A stretch of DNA of 54,179 bases. Origin: Candidatus Aminicenantales bacterium (GTDB lineage: Bacteria; Acidobacteriota; Aminicenantia; Aminicenantales; UBA4085). The stretch lies in assembly GCA_049515535.1 (NCBI GenBank), contig JBEKTZ010000009.1:124001-178179 (forward strand). The letters are read 5' to 3'. The notes beneath the pieces were generated by a model. That model had not been told where the DNA came from, ran no database searches, and saw only the letters and a program-made list of their open reading frames with translations. Within the stretch, counting starts at the first letter, position 1. The number at the start of each line of letters is the position of its first letter. Of the stretch, positions 36,906 to 48,721 are shown one piece after another. The position numbers were made by a program, and so were the translations under genes.

Positions 36906-37745
36906 TTATTGCTTGACCAGCTCGACCCGGCGGTTCTTGGCCCGGCCCTCCTCGGTGTCGTTGGACGCAACGGGCGCGAACTGGCCGCAGCCATAGGATC
37001 TCAGACGGTCAGGGGCTATGCCGTGGTCGCGGACGAGCGCCTGGAGGACGGCTTCGGCCCTGTCCTGGGAGAGCTTGATGTTGCCGTCCACGCCGCCCAC
37101 GTTGTCCGTGTGGCCCACCACATGAATCTTGAGGCCCGGGTCGGCTTGCAGGAGCTTGGCGATCTCCCCGATGGCCTGCGCCGACTCGGATTTGATGGCG
37201 GACTTCCCGGTGTCGAAATTGATGCCGTAAACCGCCGCGTGGCCCGTAGCCTTGAGGTCGGTGGAGAAGGCCGCCGCGTCCGTCACAATGGCTTGCTCCA
37301 TCTCTTTCTTCTCGATGATGTACAGCCAGATCTTGCTGTTCCCCTTATAGACCTCAAACCACGTTTCCCGGCCGTCCTGGACGATCTTCCCGTTGCCCCT
37401 ACCCTTCTGCGGATCGCTCATCAGGATCGTGCCCCCCACCTTCTTGATGGCGTTCTCGTAGTTGCGGACGACGGCGAGGCCGCTCGGTTCGCTGGCCTGT
37501 TGCCCGGTGAAAGAGTAGGTGAGAAAGGTGAATTTGCCTTCGACCGGGGTCTTTGGGCCCTTAGTGGACAAGAATTCGTAGACGCCGTAATCCTCGACTT
37601 TGCAGGCATCGAGGCGGTATCCCGGCATGCGCGTGGGGAACAGTGGGTGGTCCTTGCATCCGGGGTTGTCCGCCTGCTGGGCGGTGACGTCCATCGCTAG
37701 AAAAAGAATCCCAATGCTCATCAGAACAATCGATACTTTTTTCAT
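36906..37745 (-). CDS. OmpA-family peptidoglycan-binding protein
   Basis: Signal peptide, KDHPLFPTRMPG N-domain, INFDTGK, VGHTDN, LSQDRA, NRRVE. Confidence 0.92.
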   Translation of the reverse strand: MKKVSIVLMSIGILFLAMDVTAQQADNPGCKDHPLFPTRMPGYRLDACKVEDYGVYEFLSTKGPKTPVEGKFTFLTYSFTGQQASEPSGLAVVRNYENAIKKVGGTILMSDPQKGRGNGKIVQDGRETWFEVYKGNSKIWLYIIEKKEMEQAIVTDAAAFSTDLKATGHAAVYGINFDTGKSAIKSESAQAIGEIAKLLQADPGLKIHVVGHTDNVGGVDGNIKLSQDRAEAVLQALVRDHGIAPDRLRSYGCGQFAPVASNDTEEGRAKNRRVELVKQ

Positions 37746-37795
37746 GGTCTGTCTTTTCTCCCTTTCTTTCTTTGGTTTGGCGGGCCGTCCCGATC

Positions 37796-38752
37796 CTATC
37801 TTCTGATCCGCTCGAATCCGCCGACGCCGACGAAGACGAACTTCTCGTCCTTTTCGATCTCGTCCAGCAGCAGGTTCAGGCCGAGGACGTCGCTCGAGAT
37901 GTGGCCGGCGATGACGACATTGAGGTTGGCCTTCTTGGCGTTGGCCAGGTGATCCTCGCTGAAATGCATGCCGACGAGCGTGCTCACGCCGCCCGCCGCG
38001 ATTTTATCGAAGATGTCTTTCGAGCCTTCCGTCCCTCCCGTCATGTCCACGCAGATTTTCCCGCAGGAATTATGATCGGACCCGGCGACGATCTTGGCCG
38101 GCACCTGTTGCTTTGCCGCCCGCTCATACTCGGGGATGGCCTTGAGGAGTTTCATCAAATCCTTCAACTTTTCCGGCTTTTCGCGCTCGAACAGGCTCGT
38201 CAGATAACGCGTGACGCAGTTGTCCGCCGGAGTGTGAAGACACATCAGCGGAAGGCCCAAAAGCCTGGCGACATCGACCTCGCGGGCGTGGTTCATCGGC
38301 AGGAGGCGGCGCTCGACCTCCCCTATGCGTTTTTCCATGAGCTGTTCGGCGACGCTGATCGTGACGCCGAACTTGGCCAGGAGCTTGGACTGGAGCTTCA
38401 TCACGTCATAAAGCTGAGCCGCGGCGTGGCCCATCGGGTGATGGGACAGGATCAGATCCACGTTGGCGCCCTTTTCCTTGTTCAGGAGATGGGCCAGGAG
38501 GATCTCGCCGACATCGATATCGATGCCGACCATGAGATCCCTGATGTTCGCGCTCAAATCGCCGGAGAGAACGCGGCTGTCGGCGAACGGGTTGAACAAC
38601 CTGTCGGCGTCGTAGAACCTCTTGTCCTCGTCTTTCAGGTCTTTGAATGTCTCGTTTTCCTCGTCCAGGAGCTTCCTGACCTCGGCCTTCCCCCGCAGGT
38701 CGTTTTCGATTCCGACCTCGATGGCCTTTTTATAGAAGCGTTCGAGTTTCAT
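37796..38752 (-). CDS. NIF3-like (NGG1p-interacting factor) metal-binding protein
   Basis: NPFADSR, GIDID, SHHP, HTPADN, GMH, AGHISSD. Confidence 0.85.
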   Translation of the reverse strand: MKLERFYKKAIEVGIENDLRGKAEVRKLLDEENETFKDLKDEDKRFYDADRLFNPFADSRVLSGDLSANIRDLMVGIDIDVGEILLAHLLNKEKGANVDLILSHHPMGHAAAQLYDVMKLQSKLLAKFGVTISVAEQLMEKRIGEVERRLLPMNHAREVDVARLLGLPLMCLHTPADNCVTRYLTSLFEREKPEKLKDLMKLLKAIPEYERAAKQQVPAKIVAGSDHNSCGKICVDMTGGTEGSKDIFDKIAAGGVSTLVGMHFSEDHLANAKKANLNVVIAGHISSDVLGLNLLLDEIEKDEKFVFVGVGGFERIRR

Positions 38753-40680
38753 GATGTTCCTCCTTCAACCGGGCTTTTCGCCCAGAGACGGTTCACGACC
38801 CGCAGCAGGATCGAGCCACTGACGAGAAAGACGGCCAGAAGCGCAAACGCGTTATTCAAGCGTCCGTAAAGAAAATTCCCGACCGTGAAAAGCGCCGACC
38901 AGATCATCGCGACGCCGGTCGTCCATCCGACCAAGGCCAGGGGGATATTCTCGTGGCGCGTCCTGGTATCCGCGATGGAAACACCCGCTTCCCGGCGGAC
39001 CCAACCCCAGCCGGGTCCGAACGGCCGGACCTTCTTGTAGAACTCGACCAGCGTCCGGCGGTCCGTTTTCGGGGCGAGAAAAGCCGCCGTTATCCAGCAG
39101 ACCGTGGTTATGGCAATCGTCATGAGAAGAGCCACATGGGTCGCGATGTACGGCGGGAGCGCCGGCAATTTCACCAGCGCCCCTTTGAGCATGATCTTCA
39201 CCTGATCGGGTTGATTGTCGTGGAGGGTCTGGAGAGCCGCCAAAAGGAGAGGCTTGATGGCCGCCGCGTGGAGCCTGTTGATGACCAGGATTCCGGCCGA
39301 GACGACGAACGAGCCGCACATGGCGATCACTTCGCACCAGGCGTTGACCCGCCACCAGAACCATCGGACGAGATAAAGCAATCCCGTCCCGGCCCCGACC
39401 TGGAGGATGATATCGAAAGAGTCCTTGGCCGTGTCCAGGACGAAGACCAGACCCGAAGCGCAGACGAACAAGCCGACCGTGGCGATGCGCCCGGCCGCGA
39501 CATAATGCTTTTCGGTCGCGTCCCTTTTGATGAACCGGCGGTAGAAATCGTGCACGAGATAGGACGCTCCCCAATTGAGATGGGTCAGGATGGTCGAGGA
39601 ATTGGCGGCGATCAGGCCGCCGACCATGAGGCCGATGAATCCTACCGGCAGGAACTTGAGCATGGCCGGATAGGCGATATCGTGCCCCAGCATCGTCGGG
39701 TCGAGGTGAGGGAAAGCCGCTTGGATGTCGGACAGCTGAGGATAGACGATCAGCGAGCACAGGCCGACGAGGATCCAAGGCCAGGGCCGCAGGACGTAAT
39801 GAGCGACGTTGAAGAAAAGCACCGATCCGAGTGCATCCTTCTCGGATTTCGAGGCCAGCATCCGCTGGGCGATGTAGCTTCCGCCGCCGGGCTCGGCCCC
39901 CGGATACCAGACCGCCCACCACTGGACCGCGATGGGCATGATGAAAACCGCCAGGGCGATATCCCAGTTGTTCTTGAAGTCGGGCAGGATGTTAAGATAA
40001 TGGAGCCCGTTCGGTCCGGTCTTGGCGCTGAGCGTCGAAACCATCGTCCCCAATCCCCCGACGTATTTGACGGCGAAATAGGCCGCGGCGATCACGGCCG
40101 TCATTTTGATGAAGAACTGGATCATATCGATCACCAGCACGCCCCATAAGCCGGTGACCGCGGCGAAGGCCACGTTGAGGACGAAGATGATGAGCAGCGT
40201 CTGCCAGCGCGGCAGTCCGAACAGGACATTGGCGATCTTGCAGGCGGCCAGGTTTACCGTGGCCATGATGATGCAGTTGAAGAAGAAACCGAGATAGACC
40301 GAGCGGAAGCCGCGCACGACGCCGGCGGCCTTGCCGGAATAGCGGATCTCGTAGAACTCGAGGTCCGTCATGACGCTCGAACGCCGCCACAGCCGCGCGT
40401 AGAAGAAGACCGTCGCCACGCCGGTCAGGGTGAACGCCCACCAGACCCAGTTGCCCGCCACCCCGTTCCGGCGGACGATGTCCGTCACCAGATTGGGGGT
40501 ATCGCTGCTGAACGTCGTGGCGACCATGGACAGGCCGGCCAGCCACCAGGGCACGGCGCGGCCGGAAGCGAAGAATTCCGTGGTGCTCTGACCGGCCCGG
40601 CGGCCGAAAAACAAGGCCGGAATGAAACAGACGGACAGGGAGGCGAGCACGATGACCCAATCGATGGCGTGCAGATGCAT
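38749..40680 (-). CDS. Sodium:solute symporter family protein
   Basis: FFASGRAVPWW, SMVATTFSSDTP, YIAQRML; many TM segments. Confidence 0.92.
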   Translation of the reverse strand: MHLHAIDWVIVLASLSVCFIPALFFGRRAGQSTTEFFASGRAVPWWLAGLSMVATTFSSDTPNLVTDIVRRNGVAGNWVWWAFTLTGVATVFFYARLWRRSSVMTDLEFYEIRYSGKAAGVVRGFRSVYLGFFFNCIIMATVNLAACKIANVLFGLPRWQTLLIIFVLNVAFAAVTGLWGVLVIDMIQFFIKMTAVIAAAYFAVKYVGGLGTMVSTLSAKTGPNGLHYLNILPDFKNNWDIALAVFIMPIAVQWWAVWYPGAEPGGGSYIAQRMLASKSEKDALGSVLFFNVAHYVLRPWPWILVGLCSLIVYPQLSDIQAAFPHLDPTMLGHDIAYPAMLKFLPVGFIGLMVGGLIAANSSTILTHLNWGASYLVHDFYRRFIKRDATEKHYVAAGRIATVGLFVCASGLVFVLDTAKDSFDIILQVGAGTGLLYLVRWFWWRVNAWCEVIAMCGSFVVSAGILVINRLHAAAIKPLLLAALQTLHDNQPDQVKIMLKGALVKLPALPPYIATHVALLMTIAITTVCWITAAFLAPKTDRRTLVEFYKKVRPFGPGWGWVRREAGVSIADTRTRHENIPLALVGWTTGVAMIWSALFTVGNFLYGRLNNAFALLAVFLVSGSILLRVVNRLWAKSPVEGGTS

Positions 40681-40705
40681 TACGGCTGTCCTTTCATCGC
40701 CGGTC

Positions 40706-43700
40706 TCAGCTGCCGAGGGTTCTTAGCGTATCTAAAATATCCTTGGAAGGCAACGCCGCGCTCTTCAAAATCTCGGCGGCCTTCGAAATCTCGCCCTTTC
40801 GCCGCAGGGCCAGGCCGCCGAAATAAGCTCCGGCGCCGCGGCTGTCCGCGTGCTTGAGGGTGTAATCGATGACGGCTCGAAGCGCGGCCTCGGCTTTGTC
40901 CTTCTGGCCGGTTTTTTGAAAGCCGAGGAATTCGAGATAATCCTGCAAGCGGCAGTCCGGATCGAAGGGCTTGCCCGTTCCCAGACTTTCCGGATACTCC
41001 TTGGATTTTTCCAAATGCCCGATGGCGGCGGTCCAATTCCCCGCTCTCAGGCCCTCGAGTCCGAGCTGCACGTGCGTCTGCGCGAACAGGCCGTGGATCT
41101 CGCTCGCGCCTTCGAAGGGCAGGGCTGTGATCGCGTCCAAAACCGTCGCCGCGTCCTCATATTTTTTTGCGCTTATAAAGGATTTGACCAGGTCGACTTG
41201 GACAGGGACGGTTTTGGCAAAAAGCCGGGCGGCCTTCTGCGCCGCTTCCAGGGCTTTCCCGGTTTCTCCGCTCTTTGTCCGGAAATCGATGAGGGCGTGC
41301 CAGTTGCGCCAGGCCTTTTCGTCGAGGCTCACGGCGCGCTCGTAATCGGCCGCCGCTTTCTCCGGACTCCGCTGCCGGAAAAGCTCCGCCCGGGCGAGGA
41401 AGAACGGCGCGAAATCGGCCGCGTCGCACTGCTCGAACAATTCCATCGCCTCCTCGAGCCGTCCCTTGCCCCAGAAGATCAAGCCCAGATAGTATTTGGG
41501 TTTCCAGTCCGTCGGCCGGGCCGCCATGGCCCACTCGAAAAGGGGGATTTCCTCCTCCCGGAAAGGAAAAACGAGAAGCGGCGAGAGGGCGGACGCTTTC
41601 CCCAGATAGGTCTTGCTTTCGTCCGGAAATTCCTTCAGGAGAAGGCGCGACAGCATATAATAAACGGTCGGATATTCCGGCGCGTTCCTGAGGACCGCCG
41701 CGGCGTCGCTGTCGCAGCGCCAGCGCATGTACGTGATCGCCATTTCAAGATAGGTCTCCTGCGGAAGCTCGTTGCGGATCATAGACTTGAATGCGTCCAG
41801 ATTCTTCGGGGTCGGATCGAGGAGATAGAGCTCGAAACGGGCCATATGATCGAGGGGATCGAAGTCGAGGAGCCGGGCCAGAACGTCCTTCGCGGCCTCG
41901 ACTTTTCCCATTTTCCGATAAGCCGCGGCCAGGATCTCATACGCGCCGCTCTCGTACGCGTTGAAATCGATCGAACGTTGGGCGTACTGCGCGGCCAACT
42001 CCGTTTTGTTCTCGACGAAAGCGATTTCCGCGAGCTGGAGGTAGGCCGCCGGCCGGAATTCCAGGGAGCGCGACGCCCAGCCCAAAGTCTCTTTCGCGTC
42101 GATGAGATCTCCCAGGCGGCGCGAGATCACGCCGTAAATATAATTCGCTTCCGGATCGTACATGCTGTTTTCGAGCGCTTTCCGCGCATAGCTGAGGGCT
42201 TTCGGGTATTCGCCCCGGCGCGCATAGAGCTCGGCCACGCGGGAAAGCGCCCGGAGATGCGCCGGCTCTTTGGCCAGACAGGCCAGATATTTCTGAAGGG
42301 CCATGTCGAAATAGCGGGCTTTTTCCTGCTGAGCGCCGCTCAAATAAAGTCCTTCCGCCGTGGATTCGTCGGCGGCTTTGAATCGGAGTGGCCGCTGCAG
42401 GTCATCGGCCGCCGGATCGCTTCGATAAATCAGCTTCTCTCCGACTTTGACGACGAACGCCGCGCCGCCGAGCTCGAGCGTCAGATCTTTTTTATAGATA
42501 TTTTCAGGCTTCAATTTCACGGGCTCGCGGAAGAGCTCTTTGCCGGACGACGACACGGTGATATCCTCATCCAGTTTCTGCAGCACGAACAGCCCGATTT
42601 GGATCGAATTTCCGGAAGCCTTGACGTTCAAAACGCCGTAGGGCGAAGCCTCGGCCATGGGGCCGATGCCTTTGTAGGGAAACCAGAGTTCCTGCCAGCG
42701 GTCGGACCGGCCCGGCTTGAAGAATTCATGGTCGGACTGGTTGAGCAGGCGGCCCGCCTGCGGCTCGGTGTATTGTCCGTCCGTGTCGGTCAAGAGGTCC
42801 ACCCAGATCTCGCCCGCCCGCGATTGATCCCAGATCCAGACTTTGCGGCCGGGCATGTCGTCATAGAGGGCCCAGTGCCCGAACCCGTCGTCGGAATTCT
42901 TGTACCAGGCCCCGTAGAAATCATCGTACTCTCCGACCGTGAAATAGCTTTTGGAGCCGCCGAAGTCGTTGTTCCGGTACCAGGAGAGATCGCGGCCCTG
43001 CGCGTCCGCCGGCCAGGGCGCCGGCGGCACGGCATAGTCATGCCCGATTTGGAACCGGCCCGGAAAGACGTATTTGAGGTCGTCGGCCGTTTTGATGGCC
43101 GCGCATGACCAGAAATAATACGACTGGCTGAACGGAGAGGGATTGTGCCAGGCGCCGTTGGTTTCAAAGTAGGCTTTATCTTTCGGCATCGTGATCGCCA
43201 CGCTCCACCGCGTCCGCGAAGGAAGATCCATCGCCCCGACGATACAGCTGGCGCTGCCGTCGGCATTCGTGCGCAGGGCATAGTCCACGGGCGTGGCCGT
43301 CGAAGGCGCATGACCGACGATGCCGAAGTTGAATTCGATGCCGCCCGATGTCCAGGGCCCGCGCAAGGCGATCTCGCGGAATTTCAGGACGTGATTCGTA
43401 TAGAGGAATTCGCGATTCGTGGATTTTTCTCTGGCGCCCCAGACCTTTCCGCCGACCTGAGGAAGGACGGCAACGGAGAGGTAGGGGTTCTCCAGGCGGA
43501 CGACCGTCCATTCCTTGTCGACACCGACACCGCTGAATTGGTTATAGAAATAATAGGGATAGAGCCGGGCTCCCTGGCCGCCCATGTTCGAACGGGCGAA
43601 AATCGGGACCGGGTCCGGGTCGGAAAATGGATAGGTTTTGATGATTTCCTTGTTTTCGGAAACGCTCGCCTTCCCGCTCGATGCCGCGCCTTTGCAGGAG

Positions 43701-43783
43701 GCAAACAGAGCGGCCGCGGCGAAGGTTAAAAGGATCACGCTCGCCATCCCCGTCTTCTTCATATCGATCGTCCTCTGCGCCAT
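40706..43783 (-). CDS. DUF5107-like and TPR-repeat lipoprotein
   Basis: FAS-C lipobox; LENPYL..VLPQVGGK, GPWTSGGIEFNF, GRKVWIW, YTEPQAG; TPR-rich C-terminal half; SD GGAGG. Confidence 0.8.
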   Translation of the reverse strand: MAQRTIDMKKTGMASVILLTFAAAALFASCKGAASSGKASVSENKEIIKTYPFSDPDPVPIFARSNMGGQGARLYPYYFYNQFSGVGVDKEWTVVRLENPYLSVAVLPQVGGKVWGAREKSTNREFLYTNHVLKFREIALRGPWTSGGIEFNFGIVGHAPSTATPVDYALRTNADGSASCIVGAMDLPSRTRWSVAITMPKDKAYFETNGAWHNPSPFSQSYYFWSCAAIKTADDLKYVFPGRFQIGHDYAVPPAPWPADAQGRDLSWYRNNDFGGSKSYFTVGEYDDFYGAWYKNSDDGFGHWALYDDMPGRKVWIWDQSRAGEIWVDLLTDTDGQYTEPQAGRLLNQSDHEFFKPGRSDRWQELWFPYKGIGPMAEASPYGVLNVKASGNSIQIGLFVLQKLDEDITVSSSGKELFREPVKLKPENIYKKDLTLELGGAAFVVKVGEKLIYRSDPAADDLQRPLRFKAADESTAEGLYLSGAQQEKARYFDMALQKYLACLAKEPAHLRALSRVAELYARRGEYPKALSYARKALENSMYDPEANYIYGVISRRLGDLIDAKETLGWASRSLEFRPAAYLQLAEIAFVENKTELAAQYAQRSIDFNAYESGAYEILAAAYRKMGKVEAAKDVLARLLDFDPLDHMARFELYLLDPTPKNLDAFKSMIRNELPQETYLEMAITYMRWRCDSDAAAVLRNAPEYPTVYYMLSRLLLKEFPDESKTYLGKASALSPLLVFPFREEEIPLFEWAMAARPTDWKPKYYLGLIFWGKGRLEEAMELFEQCDAADFAPFFLARAELFRQRSPEKAAADYERAVSLDEKAWRNWHALIDFRTKSGETGKALEAAQKAARLFAKTVPVQVDLVKSFISAKKYEDAATVLDAITALPFEGASEIHGLFAQTHVQLGLEGLRAGNWTAAIGHLEKSKEYPESLGTGKPFDPDCRLQDYLEFLGFQKTGQKDKAEAALRAVIDYTLKHADSRGAGAYFGGLALRRKGEISKAAEILKSAALPSKDILDTLRTLGS

Positions 43784-43822
43784 TTTTCCTCCATCTTATT
43801 TAAATTAATTGGGAGATAGAGG

Positions 43823-45946
<2,124 letters not shown>

Positions 45947-45959
45947 GGGGGACCTCCTT

Positions 45960-46027
45960 GTCAAGGGACGAGCCTTCGCGGCGGAAGTAGACCCCCGGGC
46001 AAAGCCCGGGGCCCCGTCCGCCGTCGA
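45960..46027 (+). repeat. Repeat family A, copy 6
   Basis: Directly abuts the AAGGAGG SD of the prolyl oligopeptidase gene. Confidence 0.95.
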
Positions 46028-46088
46028 AATGGGCGATGAGTTCTTTTTCTATCATAGGCCGAAATGGCGGTCAACGGGATTGGTCCCG

Positions 46089-48179
46089 TCAGCCGTCACC
46101 GATAGCCTGATCGAGAAGCTCGGCCGTGTGGACGGCGCGGACGCCCATCCCCCGGCGCCGGCAGCCGCCCCGGATCTGCAGCAGGCAGCCCGGACAGTCC
46201 ATGGCGACGATATCGGCGCCGGTCTTCTCCACGGCCGCGAGCTTGTCCGCGAGGAGCGCCGCCGAGATCTCGGGATTCTCGACGCTGAAGCTTCCGGCGA
46301 ACCCGCAGCATCGATCCGGCTCCTCCATCTCGAGAATATCGGACCGCAGGGCCGTTTCGACGAGCTTCCGCGAAGCGTGTTCGGCGTTCGACAAATGTTT
46401 GTGATGACAGGAATCGTGATAAGTGGCTTTTTGAACCGGCCGCCCTTTCCTCATCAGCTTTTCCAGGGATTCCATTTCGCGGTCGAGGAGGAACCGGCTG
46501 AAGGGAATCGTCTTCGCCGCCAGTTCTCTCGCTCTTTCGGAATCCGCGATCTCCGGTCCCCGCTTCGTCAGCATCGTCGCGCACGTCGGGCAGAGGGTGA
46601 CGACCTTCCCTTCGATCTCCATTCGATCCACTAAGGAGACGAAGGCTTTCCGGGAGGCCTTCTCGAATCCCGCGTTCGAGGGCGGGAATCCGCAGCAGAG
46701 GGCGGGCGCGACCTTCACCCGATATCCGAGCTTCGCCAGCACGCGCGCCGCGGCCAGCCCGATCTCGGGGTAGAAATGCTCGACCAGACAGCCGCCGAAG
46801 ATCGTCACGGTCCCTTTGTCCGGTTTTTCGAGCGCCCCGGCGGAAACGAAATCCTTCCGGAACACGCTCGAAAAAGGCCGGGGCGCCGGCGCCGGAAGAG
46901 CGCGGAACCGGTCGTATTTCTTCATCCAGGCCGGGAGCCTGCGCGAGAAGCCGTCCTTCCCGGCGATGATTTTTCGCGCCTTCCGCGCCGTCTCGAACGC
47001 GGCCCGCTGGATCCCCGGATGCCCCATGACGCCGTCGAACGCGGCGCGCTTCCAGGCCCGAGCCCCCGTTTCATTCTTGAGGCGCCCGGCCAGCGCCGTG
47101 ATCAGGTCGGCGATTTTGATTTTCGCGGCGCAGGAGCCTTCGCAGCGATGGCAGCGCAGGCAAAGCCCGGCCAGCCCCTTCGCCTTCCGGAGTCCGTGGA
47201 TCCAAGCCGTTAAGAGCGTCCCGATCCCGCCCATGTAAATATGCGAATAGGCCTCGCCGCCGATGACTTGATAGACGGGACAGACGTTGAGGCAGGCCGA
47301 GCATTTGACGCAGCGCAGGATTTCGCGGAACGGCGGGTCGGCGAGCAACTCCGAGCGGTGATTGTCGAGGAGGATGACGTACTGCGGCCCGCGGTGAGGC
47401 CCGGCCATGAACGAGACATAGCTCGTGATGCTCTGGCCCGTGGCGTTTCGCGGTAGAAGCCTGAGCAGCGTGATCGCATCGCCGATCGTCGGCAGGACCT
47501 TTTCGATGCTGGCCAACACGATATGGATGGGGGGCACGGTCGTGACCAGCCGGCCGTTGCCCTCGTTCGTGACGAGCATGATCGCGCCGATATCAGCGAT
47601 GAGCGCGTTCGCGCCGGTCAGCCCGGCCTGAGCGGCGAAAATCTCCCGCCGCATTTCGCCGCGGGCGGCGCGGACGAGCGAGGGAATGTCGTCCGGGATG
47701 GGCCTCCCGAGCTTCGCGGAAAAGAGCGCGGCCACGTCGCTCCGGGTGAGATGAATGGCCGGCATGACCATGTGCGTCGGCCGTTCGGCGCCGAGCTGGA
47801 CGATCCACTCGCCGAGGTCGGTTTCCCGGACGTCGACGCCCCGGCGAATCATGAAATCGTTCAGCCCGATTTCTTCGCTGACCATGGACTTGCTTTTGAC
47901 CATGCGGCGAATGCCGTGGTCGCGGCAGATCTTGAGGATGAGACCGTCGGCCTCGGCCCCGTCCCGGGCCCGCAACACGACGCTGCCGTGGGCCCTCGCC
48001 TTTTCTTCGAATTGAGCGAGAAGCTCCGAGTTCCGATCGAGCGCCCTGTCCTTCAGGTCCGCCAGGGCCGCGCGCAGATCCTCGAAATCGTACCCTTGAA
48101 GAGCTTGCGCCCGTTTGACCCGATAGCTGTTCGCGAAGTCCCGCAGGACGGCCTGGAGCTGAGGGTCGATTTTTTTCAT
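46089..48179 (-). CDS. lutB: LutB-type lactate utilisation protein (LUD and 4Fe-4S) fused to two CCG domains (LutA-like)
   Basis: KSKSMVSEEI, ETDLGEWIVQ, MPAIH, TNEGNG, CVKCSACLNVCP, CLRCHRC, CCGFP, HDSCH, CCGFAG, CPGC. Confidence 0.88.
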   Translation of the reverse strand: MKKIDPQLQAVLRDFANSYRVKRAQALQGYDFEDLRAALADLKDRALDRNSELLAQFEEKARAHGSVVLRARDGAEADGLILKICRDHGIRRMVKSKSMVSEEIGLNDFMIRRGVDVRETDLGEWIVQLGAERPTHMVMPAIHLTRSDVAALFSAKLGRPIPDDIPSLVRAARGEMRREIFAAQAGLTGANALIADIGAIMLVTNEGNGRLVTTVPPIHIVLASIEKVLPTIGDAITLLRLLPRNATGQSITSYVSFMAGPHRGPQYVILLDNHRSELLADPPFREILRCVKCSACLNVCPVYQVIGGEAYSHIYMGGIGTLLTAWIHGLRKAKGLAGLCLRCHRCEGSCAAKIKIADLITALAGRLKNETGARAWKRAAFDGVMGHPGIQRAAFETARKARKIIAGKDGFSRRLPAWMKKYDRFRALPAPAPRPFSSVFRKDFVSAGALEKPDKGTVTIFGGCLVEHFYPEIGLAAARVLAKLGYRVKVAPALCCGFPPSNAGFEKASRKAFVSLVDRMEIEGKVVTLCPTCATMLTKRGPEIADSERARELAAKTIPFSRFLLDREMESLEKLMRKGRPVQKATYHDSCHHKHLSNAEHASRKLVETALRSDILEMEEPDRCCGFAGSFSVENPEISAALLADKLAAVEKTGADIVAMDCPGCLLQIRGGCRRRGMGVRAVHTAELLDQAIGDG

Positions 48180-48721
48180 ATGATTAAAATGATGAGACGC
48201 GCCGGTCCATGGACGCCGATCGTCAGCTCGTTTTCGATGTCCGCCGTCCGGCTCGGGCCGGTGACGAGCGAGACCTGCGGTGACGGGAGATCGGTCCGGG
48301 CGAGATGTTTTGACAATTCCGGCGCGATCGCCTCGAGATTCTGGACGATCTTCCCGTTTTCCAGCAGGCAGAAGCAAATCTCCGGGAGCGTCCAGACGTT
48401 CTTTTCCTCGTCGCCCCGGTCGAAATGGACGAGCGTCCCGGTTTCGGCGACGCCGAAATCCGCGGCGACGATGCCCGCCTCGACCCAGAGGCCATCCGGC
48501 TCCAACCTTGATTCAAGATGGGGAAACGCTTCGGCGAACGGCCCGCTTTCTTTCAGGTCCGGCGCGATCAGCGCCTTCCCGATCTTGTGTTCCCGAAAGA
48601 ATTGATTCAGGAAGTCCATGACGTCTTGGATATTCGAAAAGCGCTCGATTTCAGCGCCGCCGAATCGAGCTCTGTCGATGAATTTTTCGATGAGTGAGTT
48701 CACAGGATCCGCGGCGGTCAC
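48176..48721 (-). CDS. lutC: LutC/YkgG LUD-domain protein
   Basis: GVAETGTLV, TGPSRTADIENELTIGVHGP; GTGA overlap with the aldolase gene. Confidence 0.9.
   Translation of the reverse strand: MTAADPVNSLIEKFIDRARFGGAEIERFSNIQDVMDFLNQFFREHKIGKALIAPDLKESGPFAEAFPHLESRLEPDGLWVEAGIVAADFGVAETGTLVHFDRGDEEKNVWTLPEICFCLLENGKIVQNLEAIAPELSKHLARTDLPSPQVSLVTGPSRTADIENELTIGVHGPARLIILII

Noticed and set aside
40850..43108. 752-aa plus-strand ORF
   Set aside because: Antisense shadow of the DUF5107/TPR gene.
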